From contig OZ024752.1 of the NCBI GenBank assembly GCA_964016885.1, forward strand, positions 8,184,001 to 8,248,000: DNA of 64,000 nucleotides, written 5' to 3'. The notes under the pieces are model-generated. The model made no database searches and was not told the DNA's origin. It saw nothing but the letters and a program-made list of their open reading frames with translations. Below, piece by piece: positions 38,118 through 51,090 of this stretch (its first letter is position 1; every line of letters begins with the position of its first letter). Made by a program: the position numbers and the translations under genes. Origin of the DNA: Eledone cirrhosa. Lineage: Eukaryota.

Positions 38118-39650
38118 TATAGTAACTACCAGTCTGTACTATATAGTAATTACTAGTCTGTACTATATAGTAACTGTCTGTACTATATAGTAACTACCAG
38201 TCTGTATTATATTGTAACTACCAGTCTGTACTATATAGTAACTACCAGTCTGTACTATATTGTAACTACCAGTCTGTACTATATTGTAACTACCAGTCTG
38301 TACTATATTGTAACTACCAGTCTGTACTATATTGTAACTACCAGTCTGTACTATATAGTAACTACCAGTCTGTACTATATTGTAACTACCAGTCTGTACT
38401 ATATAGTAACTACCAGTCTGTACTATATAGTAACTACCAGTCTGTACTATATAGTAACTACCAGTCTGTACTATATAGTAACTACCAGTCTGTACTATAT
38501 AGTAACTACCAGTCTGTACTATATAGTAACTACCAGTCTGTACTATATAGTAACTACCAGTCTGTACTATATAGTACTACTAGTCTGTACTATATAGTAA
38601 CTACCAGTCTGTACTATATTGTAAGTACCAGTCTGTACTATATAGTAACTACCAGTCTGTACTATATAGTAACTACCAGTCTGTACTATATAGTAACTAC
38701 TAGTCTGTACTATATAGTAACTACCAGTCTGTACTATATAGTAACTACCAGTCTGTACTATATAGTAACTACCAGTCTGTACTATATTGTAACTACCAGT
38801 CTGTACTATATAGTAACTACCAGTCTGTACTATATAGTAACTACCAGTCTGTACTATATAGTAACTATGTGTGTACTATATAGTAACTACCAGTCTGTAC
38901 TATATAGTAACTACCAGTCTGTACTATATAGTAACTACCAGTCTGTACTATATAGTAACTACTAGTCTGTACTATATTGTAACTACCAGTCTGTACTATA
39001 TTGTAACTACCAGTCTGTACTATATAGTAACTACCAGTCTGTACAATATAGTAACTACCAATCTGTACTATATAGTAACTACCAGTCTGTACTATATTGT
39101 AACTACCAGTCTGTACTATATAGTAACTAGCAGTCTGTACTATATAGTAACTACCAGTCTGTACTATATAGTAACTAACAGTCTGTACTATATTGTAACT
39201 ACTAGTATATACTATATAGTAACTACCAGTCTGTACTATATTGTAACTACTAGTCTAGTACAGACTAGTAGTTACAATATAGAACAGACTAGTAGTTACT
39301 ATATAGTACAGACTGGTAGTTACAATATAGTACAGACTAGTAGTTACAATATAGTACAGACTAGTAGTTACTATATAGTACAGACTGGTAGTTACAATAT
39401 AGTACAGACTAGTAGTTATAATATAGTACAGACTAGTAGTTACTATATAGTACAGACTAGTAGTTATAATATAGTACAGACTAGTAGTTACAATATAGTA
39501 CAGACTAGTAGTTACTATATAGTACAGACTGGTAGTTACAATATAGTACAGACTAGTAGTTATAATATAGTACAGACTGGTAGTTACAATATAGTACAGA
39601 CTAGTAGTTATAATATAGTACAGACTAGTAGTTACAATATAGTACAGACT
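38118..39650. repeat. 24-bp satellite with an internal inversion at ~39255
   Basis: tatagtaactaccagtctgtacta up to 39255, then reverse-complement units tagtacagactagtagttacaata. Confidence 0.96.
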
Positions 39651-39654
39651 ATTG

Positions 39655-40880
39655 CGTGACACAGCATAGCTGAATAGTTAAGAAGTTTACTTCACAATTA
39701 TAAGGTCCTGGGTTCAATCCCACTGCGTGGTACCTTAGACCAGTGTCATTAACCTCAGGTAAACCCATACCTTTGGAGTGATATAAGGTCCTGGGGTCAA
39801 CCCACTCTGTGGTACCTTGGACCAGTGTCATTAACCTCAGGTAAACCCATACCTCTAGAGTGATATAAGGTCCTGGGTTCAATCCCACTGTGTGGTACCT
39901 TGGACCAGTGTCATTAACCTCAGGTAAACCCATACCTTTAGAGTGAAATAAGGTCCTGGGTTCAATCCCACTATGTGGTACCTTGGACCAGTGTCATTAA
40001 CCTCAGGTAAACCCATACCTCTAGAGTGATATAAGGTCCTGGGGTCAATCCAACTCTGTGGTACCTTAGACCAGTGGCATTAACCTCAGGTAAACCCATA
40101 CCTTTAGAGTGAAATTGAGTTGATGTAAACTACTTGGACTGACTGTACCTGTAATTCAAAGGACCAGTCTTGTCACACACACACACACTGTATCATACTG
40201 AATCTCACTGAGAATAATGTTAATTTTTTAGCATTTAAACCAGCCATATCCAGCCAAAATTCTTTCACCTTTTTCTGTTCAAACTGGCCACTCATACTGA
40301 TATTAAGGTATTTTTCTCAAAATAAATAATATCAAAATCTTGTAGATTTGATATTATGTGAGGTAAAACCTTTACAGTGAAAATATAATAATAAATATAG
40401 AGCAATGTAAATGCTAAAGGGTTAAACCAGCTGTAACTGGCCACTCATACTGATGTTAAGGTATTGTTCTCAAAATAAATAACATCAAAATCTCATAGAT
40501 TCGATATTATGTGAGGTAAAGCCTTTACTGTGAAAGTACAATAGTAAATATAGAGTAATGTAAATGTTATGTGAGGAAAAACCTTTACTGTGAAAATACA
40601 ATAGTATATATAGAGTAATGTAAATGTTATGTGAGATATTATGTGAGGTAAAGCCTTTACTGTTAAAATACAATAGTATATATAGAGTAATGTAAATGTT
40701 ATGTGAGATATTATGTGAGGTAAAGCCTTTACTGTGAAAATACAATAGTATATATAGAGTAATGTAAATGGTAAAGGGTTAAGGGAATACATGTCTGTGG
40801 AATGCTCAACCACTTACATGTTAATTTCTATTGACTGAAACAACTGGAACAGTCATTGTGAAAACTGACGGAGATCCATT
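39655..40880 (+). mobile_element. SINE with 5x 83-bp B-box-containing repeat, interrupted by a piggyBac-like MITE
   Basis: A-box-like atagctgaatagtt; aaggtcctgggttcaatcccact at ~39702, 39785, 39867, 39950 and 40033; tail resumes after 40782. Confidence 0.8.
40224..40778 (+). mobile_element. piggyBac-like MITE (partially tandem) at a TTAA
   Basis: TTAA 40220-40223 and 40779-40782; internal end aaagggttaa at ~40425; 72-bp units. Confidence 0.85.
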
Positions 40881-41738
40881 CCATTCTCTGCTATTGTTCT
40901 TTGCTGCTGAGTCCAGTAGAATCAATATTGAAAAAAAGAAATTCAGGTTGAAGAGAAGATGGTTTTTGAGTTGTTGAGGCAGCAGTAATGTTTACAGATC
41001 TGTCTCTTTCATTGATTCTTATCAGTTATTGTAGCAGCCCTTTCTTGTGTTGTTGTGTTTGAGGTAACAGAATGTAAAAACAGCAGCTTTATACTATGTG
41101 ATTTGACAGTTAGCCAATAAAATGGCTGTCATTCTATCGAATTTTATATTCAACTATAAAATAACTTGCTTACTCATCGTGGTTCAGCATATTTCAGGCA
41201 TATTGATTGGAAATTTTGGTGAATTGATTAATAAAAAAAATTGTGCCAAAAAAATGTAAATACCATTTTTTGGGGGGGAAATTGGCAAGAATTTATGCTA
41301 GCAGATGAGATCAATTCTAAATGCTTTAGAGCCTATAACCAAACAGATTTGATGGCAGATCTTCATCGTAATTGAATTCTTCAGCTATTAAGTAACACAA
41401 AATGAAAGCCCAAATAGATGGTTTTCTAAATTATAGCGTTAAACATGAAACGTTATTTCAATAAAAAGCCTTCTCGGTTTCTGTATCAATGGATACAATT
41501 TAAAATCTTAGCAACTTAAATAATTTTATACGTCTTTCTTCTGATTCTGGAATCCAGGTAGCTTAACCTTTCTTGTGAAAGACGTTGCCTATGATGTTCA
41601 ATTAATTTTGAAAATAATCAAGAATTTGATGGGATTTTGCAGCATAACTAACTCTTTTCATTATTAACCTGGGATTTGGAACATAACTTAACATAAAAAT
41701 CTTACTTAAAATTATGATGTAAAATTTATATATATATA

Positions 41739-43749
41739 TGAGAGTATTGAAGTTTGCTTGAAGCATTGTGGAATAATAAGGTAAATTTCTTTAAGTCGTT
41801 TGGAAGCCTCGACAATGCAAATGGGTAAATCTCCGGGTAACAAGATCCGGTGGTGGAGAGAGAGATGTAAGTGGGTGTACGTTGAGATGCGTGGCGTGTA
41901 TAAGACATGTAGAGGAATGAAAGAAAGAGCATAAAGGATAAAATAATAACACGAGAGAGAGTTACCTTGGGAGAGAATTTAATTGTCCTTATATATTTCG
42001 GATTCACATCCATCAACTGGGGGGTTTTTCCGGGGTGGGGGGAAAGGTTGTCTGTCGTGAAAACACACAAACAGGGACCTGACCTGAAGATCAGGCCCAT
42101 TGTATCGAGCGTGGAAGGACCACTCTACAAAATTTCATGGCTCCTAGCCAGAATACTCAAACCCATCTTAGACACCTTGCCGGGACACGTTAACAGCTCC
42201 GAGGAGGTGTTGAAGCGCCTGCATCAAATGGATCCCGACACCAGAAAGAATAACAGATATGCCTTCAGCCTTGATGTAGTCGCTCTCTACACCTCGGTCC
42301 CGGTACTCCCGGCCGTCAATATACTGATGGAACGCGTCCAATCCACCGACCTACACTGCTTCGGGCTCACCACCACTGACATCCACCAACTCCTATCCAT
42401 CGTCGTTGACAACACCTACTTCAGATTCCTTGACCAAACATACCAACAAACCTCGGGACTGCCCATGGGATCAAGCCTGTCGGGTGTGCTAGCGATCTCT
42501 TACATGGACAACCTCGAGCGCAAGGCACTCAACGCCTGCCACCCCAACGCCGTCGCCTTTTTCTCAAGGTACGTGGACGATATTCCCATCCTTACATCTT
42601 CCCAAGCCACGGCAAACAGAATCTATGAGACGTTCAACAACACGGACGAGAACATCGACTTCAGTGTTGAACACCCCAACGAAGACGGGTCACTTGCCCT
42701 CCTCGACTTCCGAATCAACATCACGGAACAGGGAAAGATCCACTGCAACTTCTACTGAAAGGCAGCCTGCAAGGACCTGTTCGTCCACTACAAGTCCGCC
42801 CTCCCTAACAGTGCCAAAAGAGGATACATCACGAACGAGATCGCGCGAATCAAAAACAGATGCAGCGATCCCGCGAGTGGTGTCACTCATACCAAGCGAT
42901 TCCTCGAGGTGCTGGAGACGAACGGGTACCCTACCTCACTCACAGAGTAAGAGACACCAGACACAAGAGACAGAGAGGCACCCAAGGCAAGTGCTTCCTT
43001 AAAATGCCACACCTGGGCGAGAATACCACCAACGCTATCCGCAAGGCTATATGGAGGGAGGGCCTCAACATCCACCTGGCCCACTCGGGCCCCTCCCTGC
43101 GAAGATGCCTCTCCAGGAAACCCGGGAAATCAACTGACGCGTGCTCCCTGAGATTGCCCGATGCGCCATGCGAACTGTTGCCTACGCACATACGTCGTGT
43201 ATAAGATAGAATGTAACAAGTGCAACCAATACTATATAGGTAGCACAATCCGACCTTTGCACATCCGGAAAAAAAACACACTAAAACCAGGGCCTCGTCT
43301 TTCCGGAAACACATAGACAAATGCGGAAACAAAGACGGAAGGCCCATTGTCACAATTCTAGCGACTGAAAGAAACGTCGGCACGTTACGTATCAAGGAAG
43401 CACTTTGGATCAAACACCTAGAGCCACAAATAAACAATCGATCCGAGAGAAGCGAAATGAGGTGGTTGGTTTAAGTTAACAAACGATGCAGCTACACACG
43501 CACACACACACACAAGCGAGACAGCAACACACGCATACACACACACACAGTAACATTCAACAAACAGGCAGAGAATGGACTGACAGCTAGCGCCACCCCA
43601 CTCCCACAATTGAAAGAACTACTTCGGCCGCTGACCTCTGCCCGACCGACCCCATTTCACGCGCACGCGCACTCTGCTGAATACCTCAGATATTCAAAAC
43701 AACGAACAGCGGAGGACGCATTTCGCACATTTCCAACAGACAACCTTTC
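41739..43749 (+). mobile_element. Penelope-like retroelement: inverted 5' pLTR, truncated RT, GIY-YIG, start of 3' pLTR
   Basis: KTHK..IRPIVS, SLDVVALYTSVP, GLPMGSSLS, RYVDD; in-frame TGA at 42756; VVYKIECNKCNQYYIGST at ~43194-43247; 41739-42057 is the reverse complement of the pLTR. Confidence 0.95.
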
Positions 43750-44590
43750 TGTGGGCAAGTGCACCACCATGCATTTTGGGAGTAAAAACCCAGCGTCCAC
43801 ATACTCCCTCCACAGCACTAATATCAAGAAGTCTTCTTGTGAATGTGACCTGGGCATTACAGTCAGCAGCGATTTGCGTTGGACGAAGCACGTCTCTAAA
43901 ATTGTCAAGAGGGCCGAGGGTGTCTTAGCATCACTCAGTAAGACCTTTGTCAGCCGCTCTCCAGCTATCTATTTAAGGCTGTACATGGCTATGGTGCGGC
44001 CACACTTAGAATTTGCATCACCTGTCTGGAACCCCTATCTTGCTCAGAACATTGACCGCCTGGAAACTGTTCAGAGACGTGCAACCAAGCGAATACCCTC
44101 CATCAGGCATCTACCATACTCTGAGCACCTTGCTTCCCTGGGCATGGATACATTGAAGCTCCGACGCCTGGCAACTGACTTGGTAAACACCCACAAAATT
44201 GTTAACCATCTTGCCAACAACAACCCTGAGTACCTTTTTGATTTCCCTGTGTCTAACACACGTGGGCATGCCCACAAAGTCAGAAAACACCACAGTTCCC
44301 ATGACTTTCGGAAACATTTTTTCACGCTCAGAGTTGCTGAAGCAGGGAACAAACTACCTGTATCGGTTGTTAGTTGTCGAGACACTGCATCCTTTAAGGC
44401 CTCCATGCTTCCCGAGATCCGCCAACACTACACCTAATGTTCCCTCTCCATACACATACACACATGTATACCATGACTCATACACTATTCACTTCCCTGA
44501 CATTTGTGTATTATTCTATGTACTATACATACACCTTTGACACTTTACACAATAATTTCATTATTAATTATTATTATTATTATTATTATA
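43750..44590 (+). mobile_element. CR1/L2-type LINE 3' fragment
   Basis: KCTTMHFG, DLGITV, LYMAMVRPHLEFASPVWNP, LETVQRRATK, TRGH, FFTLRV; 3'UTR and (ATT)n tail. Confidence 0.92.
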
Positions 44591-44593
44591 TAT

Positions 44594-44624
<31 letters not shown>

Positions 44625-44625
44625 G

Positions 44626-44702
<77 letters not shown>

Positions 44703-44881
44703 TATATATGTATTTAATTATATCTCATATAAAATAATACAACTGGCTATCCGCAAAATACGTATAGTTAGCACCCCAAACGTATAATTGGGATTATACT
44801 AAGGTATATCCTAATGTTTGTTGAGTGAGACGGAAGCCAGTCGGAGTATTGCTTAAAGCTTTCTCTGTTAATGTATTAAAC

Positions 44882-44956
<75 letters not shown>

Positions 44957-44997
44957 TATATATACATATATATATACACAAACACATATGTATATAC

Positions 44998-45032
<35 letters not shown>

Positions 45033-45077
45033 TATATATATATATGTATGTATATATATATGTGTGTGTGTGTGTAT

Positions 45078-45195
45078 AGTCCTATACGAGCAAGACAACC
45101 AATCTTGCCTCAAGTGGGAAAATTCCCATCCAAACCCATGCTAGCGTGGAAGATGGACGTTAAACGATGATGATGATGATGATGATGATGATGAT
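45078..45195 (+). mobile_element. RTE 3'UTR tail fragment
   Basis: gtcctatacgagcaagacaacc...ggacgttaaac(gat)n. Confidence 0.85.
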
Positions 45196-45237
45196 ATATA
45201 TATACACACACACACACATATATATATATACGCACAC

Positions 45238-45283
<46 letters not shown>

Positions 45284-45833
45284 ATGTATATATATATACA
45301 CACAAAACTAACATTTCCTCATCTGAGAGGATTGTCTATAATTTTAATGCTATAAACATTTTTCTTATGTAATCTGTTAATCTTATATATACTTAAGTAT
45401 ATATATAATATATACTTATGTATATATTATATATACTTATGTATATAATATTTTACTTTTCTGGCTTTACAAGACTAGAATAACTCAATGGAGAAAACCA
45501 TTTCCTCTAAACCAATTCTTTGAATGTCTTTTAAAATAGTCTGAAAAACTGTTGAGTAAAAATTATCTCTTCAAAACGCTGTCTTTGAAATGGTCAACAG
45601 TTAAATACTGCACAAAGTTTCCAAATATTTCATGTAAAAATATATCATGTAAATAGAATTTAATAGAAAAAGGAAATATAATTAGATTGAGAAGAAAGAA
45701 TGGAATCTGAAATAAGAAAATATATAAAACGGCAAAGGATGGGAGAGGAGGAAAGGCAACAGCTCTAGTGTCAAGGGGAGGGTGGAGATGGAGGGGATGG
45801 AGGGGTGGGGATGGTTTGACCATATATGGAATT

Positions 45834-46018
45834 ACCCCTTGAGAAGCTCGACTATTTAAATACCAGGATAAATTTTCATTTAGTCCAGAATTAGCCGTCG
45901 AAACGGCTTGAGCTCAGCCGTCGGGGTCTTACTGGTTCCTATTACCCACTCTACTACCCTAAGTATTGAGTACTTTGGTGCGTTATGGTCCACCTGGTTC
46001 CTTACCACATTTCCTTCG

Positions 46019-46020
<2 letters not shown>
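45834..46020 (+). ncRNA. Family A pLTR-like element with a U3-A8 variant hammerhead
   Basis: Helix I acccc/ggggt; core TTGAGAA 45839-45845; GAAA 45900-45903; helix III Acggct/agccgT; predicted GUC cut after 45922; helix II decayed. Confidence 0.6.
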
Positions 46021-46097
<77 letters not shown>

Positions 46098-46142
46098 GAT
46101 GAGATTCTACAGGACTAGAACTGTTTCATTCTTTAGAAATCA

Positions 46143-46199
46143 ATGAGATTCCTGATGATTTCTAAAAAATGAAACAGTTCTAGTCCTGTAGAATCTCAT
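46143..46199 (+). ncRNA. Type I hammerhead ribozyme motif inside a fold-back palindrome (46093-46204)
   Basis: 9-bp helix I atgagattc/gaatctcat; CTGATGA 46152-46158; GAAA; helix III Acag/ctgT; GUA site; weak helix II. Confidence 0.75.
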
Positions 46200-46281
46200 C
46201 TATATTAAAACTTTTATACTTTGTTATGTATTCAGTACCTTACTTACTGTGGTTACCTCCGATTCAAACCGGAATAACTTA

Positions 46282-46314
<33 letters not shown>

Positions 46315-46319
<5 letters not shown>

Positions 46320-46451
46320 AACAAGTAAGACCCCGACGGCTGAGCTCAAGCCGTCGGGGTCTTACTTGTTCCTATTACCCACTCTACTACCCTAAGTATT
46401 GAGTACTTTGGTGCGTTATGGTCCACCTGGTTCCTTACCACATTTCCTTCG

Positions 46452-46453
<2 letters not shown>
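46315..46453 (+). mobile_element. Family A copy with a 5' fold-back at helix III
   Basis: ataggaacaagtaagaccccgacggct / agccgtcggggtcttacttgttcctat; TA-flanked. Confidence 0.8.
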
Positions 46454-46502
<49 letters not shown>

Positions 46503-46512
46503 CATATATATG

Positions 46513-46545
<33 letters not shown>

Positions 46546-46690
46546 ATATACATATATATATATTTAATTTTATTTTGATCATGTCTTTATTTTTAATTTC
46601 ATTTGCACCGTTTCCTCTCACCCCCTTTTTGCTATATGTCTCTCCACCACTCCCCAACACACCCTTTGAACTCTCTTCCCACACACTTTT

Positions 46691-46724
46691 CACCTGAAGA
46701 AGGGCTTATGCCCGAAACGTCGTT
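46691..46724 (+). ncRNA. Minimal Penelope-type hammerhead in a solo pLTR
   Basis: CTGAAGA-a-gggc-ttat-gccc-GAAA-cg-TC; AATAAA ~40 nt downstream, then (TA)n; helix I only 2 bp. Confidence 0.75.
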
Positions 46725-46808
46725 CCCCACCACCACCCCACTCTCAAGAGCGTGAAATTAATAAACCTTTGTTTGTACTGCCTCTCTGTTTTGTTCCCGT
46801 TCAATTTT

Positions 46809-46874
<66 letters not shown>

Positions 46875-46904
46875 TCCCCTGTAATTGTTTGATGTGTTTA
46901 TTAT

Positions 46905-47084
46905 ATGGATTGGCAGTATCGGTAGAGAGTCAGACGCCATGCTTTCGAACATAGTTATGTCCCTTTATGGTCTGAGTTCAAATCCCAGCGAGATTAACTT
47001 TGCCTTTCATCCTTACGGGGTCGATAAAATAAAGTACCAGTAATGCACTGGGATAATTGGTGGCCTTGTGCCAAATGTAGAAAC

Positions 47085-47090
<6 letters not shown>
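46905..47090 (+). mobile_element. SINE family 1
   Basis: tggattggcagtatcgg, gagttcaaatccc, core motif. Confidence 0.85.
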
Positions 47091-47120
<30 letters not shown>

Positions 47121-47248
47121 CAATCGACTTTTAATTTAATGTTAATAAATGCTCGGATTTACTACTTGGAATCTTTGAGCTTATTCTACAGGTGGTAAGG
47201 CGCATGATTCTGATATTCTCAGACATGGCATCTTTAATCTAATTTTGG

Positions 47249-47285
<37 letters not shown>

Positions 47286-47381
47286 GGAACAAGTAAGACC
47301 CCATATATTTATTAAAATAACAAATTAAAGGTAAGCAAAGAATTGCTGCTTTCACCCTTACTATATATATATATATATATA

Positions 47382-47696
47382 TCCTTTAAGACACTCATGC
47401 TTCCCAAAATACGCCAAAACTACACCTGATGTACCCCTTCCATACACATGCACACATGTGTGTATCATGACTCGTGCACTGTTCATTTTACTGATGTTTG
47501 TGCATTGCCCTATGTACTGTACATGCACTTTTTTGATGAGTTGTGGTGCACCTGGGCACTGTGCACAATATTTCGTTATTGTTATTATATCATGACTCAT
47601 ACACTGTTTATTTTCCTGACATTTGTACATTATTCTATGTACTATACATGCACCTTTGATGAGTTGTAGTGCACCTGAGCACTGTACACAATAATT

Positions 47697-47720
<24 letters not shown>
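47382..47720 (+). mobile_element. CR1 3'UTR fragment with an internal duplication
   Basis: Homologous to 44388-44590; (ATT)n tail. Confidence 0.8.
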
Positions 47721-47735
<15 letters not shown>

Positions 47736-47789
47736 TCTTTATTCTTTATCATTAGTGGCCGGTGCTCTGGTGCAATAAGTAGCAGCGAG

Positions 47790-48809
47790 TGCCCACAAAA
47801 TACTAACTCTTTCAATTGCGCAGAGGGCTCTATAGAAATAGTGGACAGCTTCCGTTACCTGGGTGACAAAATCAGCAGTGGGGGAGGGTGCTCCGAAAGT
47901 ACAGTAGCTAGAGTCAGAACTGGATGGAAAAAGTTCAGAGAGCTTATACCACTATTAGCCGCTAAAGGGTTCTCCCTAAAAATGAAAGGCAGGTTGTATG
48001 ATGCCTGCATACGAACAGCAATGTTGCATGGCAGTGAGACCTGGGCATTGTGCGCAGAGGATATACGCAGACTAGAGAGGAACGAAGCTTGCATGCTCCG
48101 CTGGATGTGTAATAGTAATATACGTGAACGGCAAAGCATAAACGAACTAAGGAAAAAATTAGAAATAAGAGGGATCAGATGTTGTTTACTCGAGAGAAGG
48201 CTACGTTGGTACGGACACGTGATGCGCATGAAAGTCGATAGCTGTATAACAAAGTGCAGGGCAATAAAGATAGACGGTAGCCACGGAATAGGCAGACCTA
48301 GAAAATCCTGGGACGAGCTGATAAACTCCGACCTCACACACTTGCACCTCTCCAAGACAATGTCACTGGACCGAGACCTTTGGCGGTACTCAGTAATAGA
48401 GAAGACCCGCCTTACCTAAATACATAGTAAAACCTACTACAGCCAGTAGGCATCTCTAACAAAATACACCCCCGTCCCACCACCCACACCCCCATCCATA
48501 CCACCCCCTCCTATGTAAAGTTATGTTGGTGCCACAACATCCAGGCCGAAACAAATGAGATCGTGTAGGTGTCACAACAAAAAAACACACAGTCCACGCT
48601 GTAATGTGGCCGTGTAGGCAACACGGTAAAAACCTCCCAGTCCCACACTGTAAATATGGTTGGTGTTAGGAAGGGCATCCAACTGTAGAAAACCTGCCAG
48701 ACAGTCCTATGCGAGCAAGACAATCACTCTTGCCTCAAGTGGGAATACCCCCGTCCAAACCCATGCAAGCGTGGAACACGGACGTTAAACGTTGATGATG
48801 ATGATGATC
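47790..48809 (+). mobile_element. RTE LINE 3' portion with a complete 3'UTR
   Basis: ORF 47841-48419 FRYLGD..MLHGSETW..RRLRWYGHVMRM; 3'UTR with two ~48-bp units and an (ATG)n tail. Confidence 0.93.
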
Positions 48810-48930
48810 AATATAGAAAATAATAATCAAGTAAAATTATTTTAGAGAAGGGACTCAAATTTCTTTGGGCCTCAGCAGGTGAAAGTTAGGCCCTGTATAT
48901 AATCTATCTGATAGGTTTCTACAGTTTTAA

Positions 48931-49501
48931 TCCTTTAGCATTTACATTACTCTATATATACTATTGTATTTTCACAGTAAAGGCTTTACCTCACATAATA
49001 TCTCACATACCATTTACATTACTCTATATAAACTATTGTATTTTCACAGTAAAAGCTTTACCTCACATAACATTTACATTACTCTATATATACTATTGTA
49101 TTTTCACAGTAAAGGCTTTACCTCACATAATATCTCACATAACATTTACATTACTCTATATATACTATTGTATTTTCACAGTAAAGGCTTTACCTCACAT
49201 AATTATCTCACATAACATATACATTACTCTATATATACTATTGTATTTCCACAGTAAAGGCTTTACCTCACATAATTATCTCACATAACATATACATTAC
49301 TCTATATATACTATTGTATTTTCACAGTAAAGGCTTTATCTTACATAATTATCTCACATAACATTGACTCTATGAGATTTTGTTATTATTTATTTTGAGA
49401 ACAATACCTTAACATCAGTATGTGTGGCCAGTTACAGCTGGTTTAAACAGAAAAAAGTGAGAGAATTCTGGCCGGATAAGGCCGATTTAAATGCTAAAGG
49501 G
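48931..49501 (-). mobile_element. piggyBac-like MITE with ~6 internal units
   Basis: TTAA 48927-48930 and 49502-49505; TIR cctttagcattta. Confidence 0.88.
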
Positions 49502-49674
49502 TTAATCAACCATATTGTTATTCACAAAACTTGTGTTGACCTCAGACTGGAAAAAGATATTTGTCCAAGTAGGATCAACCTGAGAACCTCATGAATATAA
49601 ACCAAACTTCTTTACCACTTAGCTATATATATATGTCCATGCAACAGAAGTAACATTATCTTTAAAATATAAGT

Positions 49675-49846
49675 ATAGGTTGTGTGACTTTTGGAAAGAT
49701 TGTATAAGGAGCGTTGTGTGACTTTTGAAAAAATTGTATAAGGGTTGTGTGACTTTTGAAAAAATTGTATAAGGATTGTGTGACTTTTGAAACATTGTAT
49801 AAGGGTTCTGTGACTTTTGAAAACATTGTATAAGGGTTCTGTGACA
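49675..49846. repeat. ~30-bp minisatellite
   Basis: gttgtgtgacttttgaaaaaattgtataagg repeated. Confidence 0.85.
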
Positions 49847-50373
49847 AAATAAGTTTAGGGACTACATTACTAGAAGATAAGGAAATTGAAAAGTTGTGAT
49901 ATAAATTTTCTTGAGCAGTAATAACAATGAAAGTGAAATAAAATGACTACATTAACAATATTTCTGTTAGCAACCCTGCTGAAATCATTTCACTTATACA
50001 CTTGACTTCACTTATAATAACTTAAACCCTCATAAAAAGATACAGTTACAGCTTCTCTGCTGGCAAATAGCAGACTCCATCTTAGATATATGTATATATG
50101 TAAATAATTTGTATTGTATTCAGTAGAGAGCTGTGATCGTTCTAGGCATGCCTCACTGTTGCATACACAAACCTTTTAACAGGAATGAAGAAAATGAGAT
50201 ACTGTTTCCAGGAGGGAAATATATTTTTTGTGGGGTTTGATAACTTTTTTGTAGGGTTTAAATATGTTTTTCGAAGGGTTTAAATATATTTTTTATGGGG
50301 TTTAAAAGTGAAAAACTGGCCAAGTTGCAATATAACTAATGGATTGAACAGAAAATTGAATACACGTCTCTTA

Positions 50374-50471
<98 letters not shown>

Positions 50472-50488
50472 GTGTATATATATATGTG

Positions 50489-50531
<43 letters not shown>

Positions 50532-50602
50532 ATATATATATATGTATATATAAATATATATATATATATATATGTATGTATAATGATATATATATATATA
50601 CG

Positions 50603-50633
<31 letters not shown>

Positions 50634-50797
50634 GTATTGAACACACAGAAACAGATTCACCACCACTACCAACACCACTACTACCACCACCACTACCACT
50701 ACCACCACCAACACCACTACCACCACCACCATTTATTTTCTTAGAGTGACTACACCTCCACCATACACACACACACATATATATATACACAGATTCA

Positions 50798-50838
<41 letters not shown>

Positions 50839-50913
50839 CGCACATATGTATATATATATACACAAATATACATACATATATACACACATACACATACATA
50901 CAAACATAGATAC

Positions 50914-50945
<32 letters not shown>

Positions 50946-51090
50946 CTTGTCTTTCTCAGTACGTGATGATTCTCTACTTACAAGATTAATTGCTTTAACT
51001 CCCTTTTGTTCACTCTCTTTATAAAAGGTAGTATTGGTGGTGGTGGTGGCCATAGCTGTGATCGTGGCGGTGGTTGTTATTATCTATCTA

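Noticed and set aside
38871-39659. 262-aa ORF
   Set aside because: Translation of the 24-bp satellite.
43610-44437. Penelope-CR1 fusion protein
   Set aside because: Chance in-frame junction of pLTR sequence with a truncated CR1; the annotated start is TTG, not ATG.
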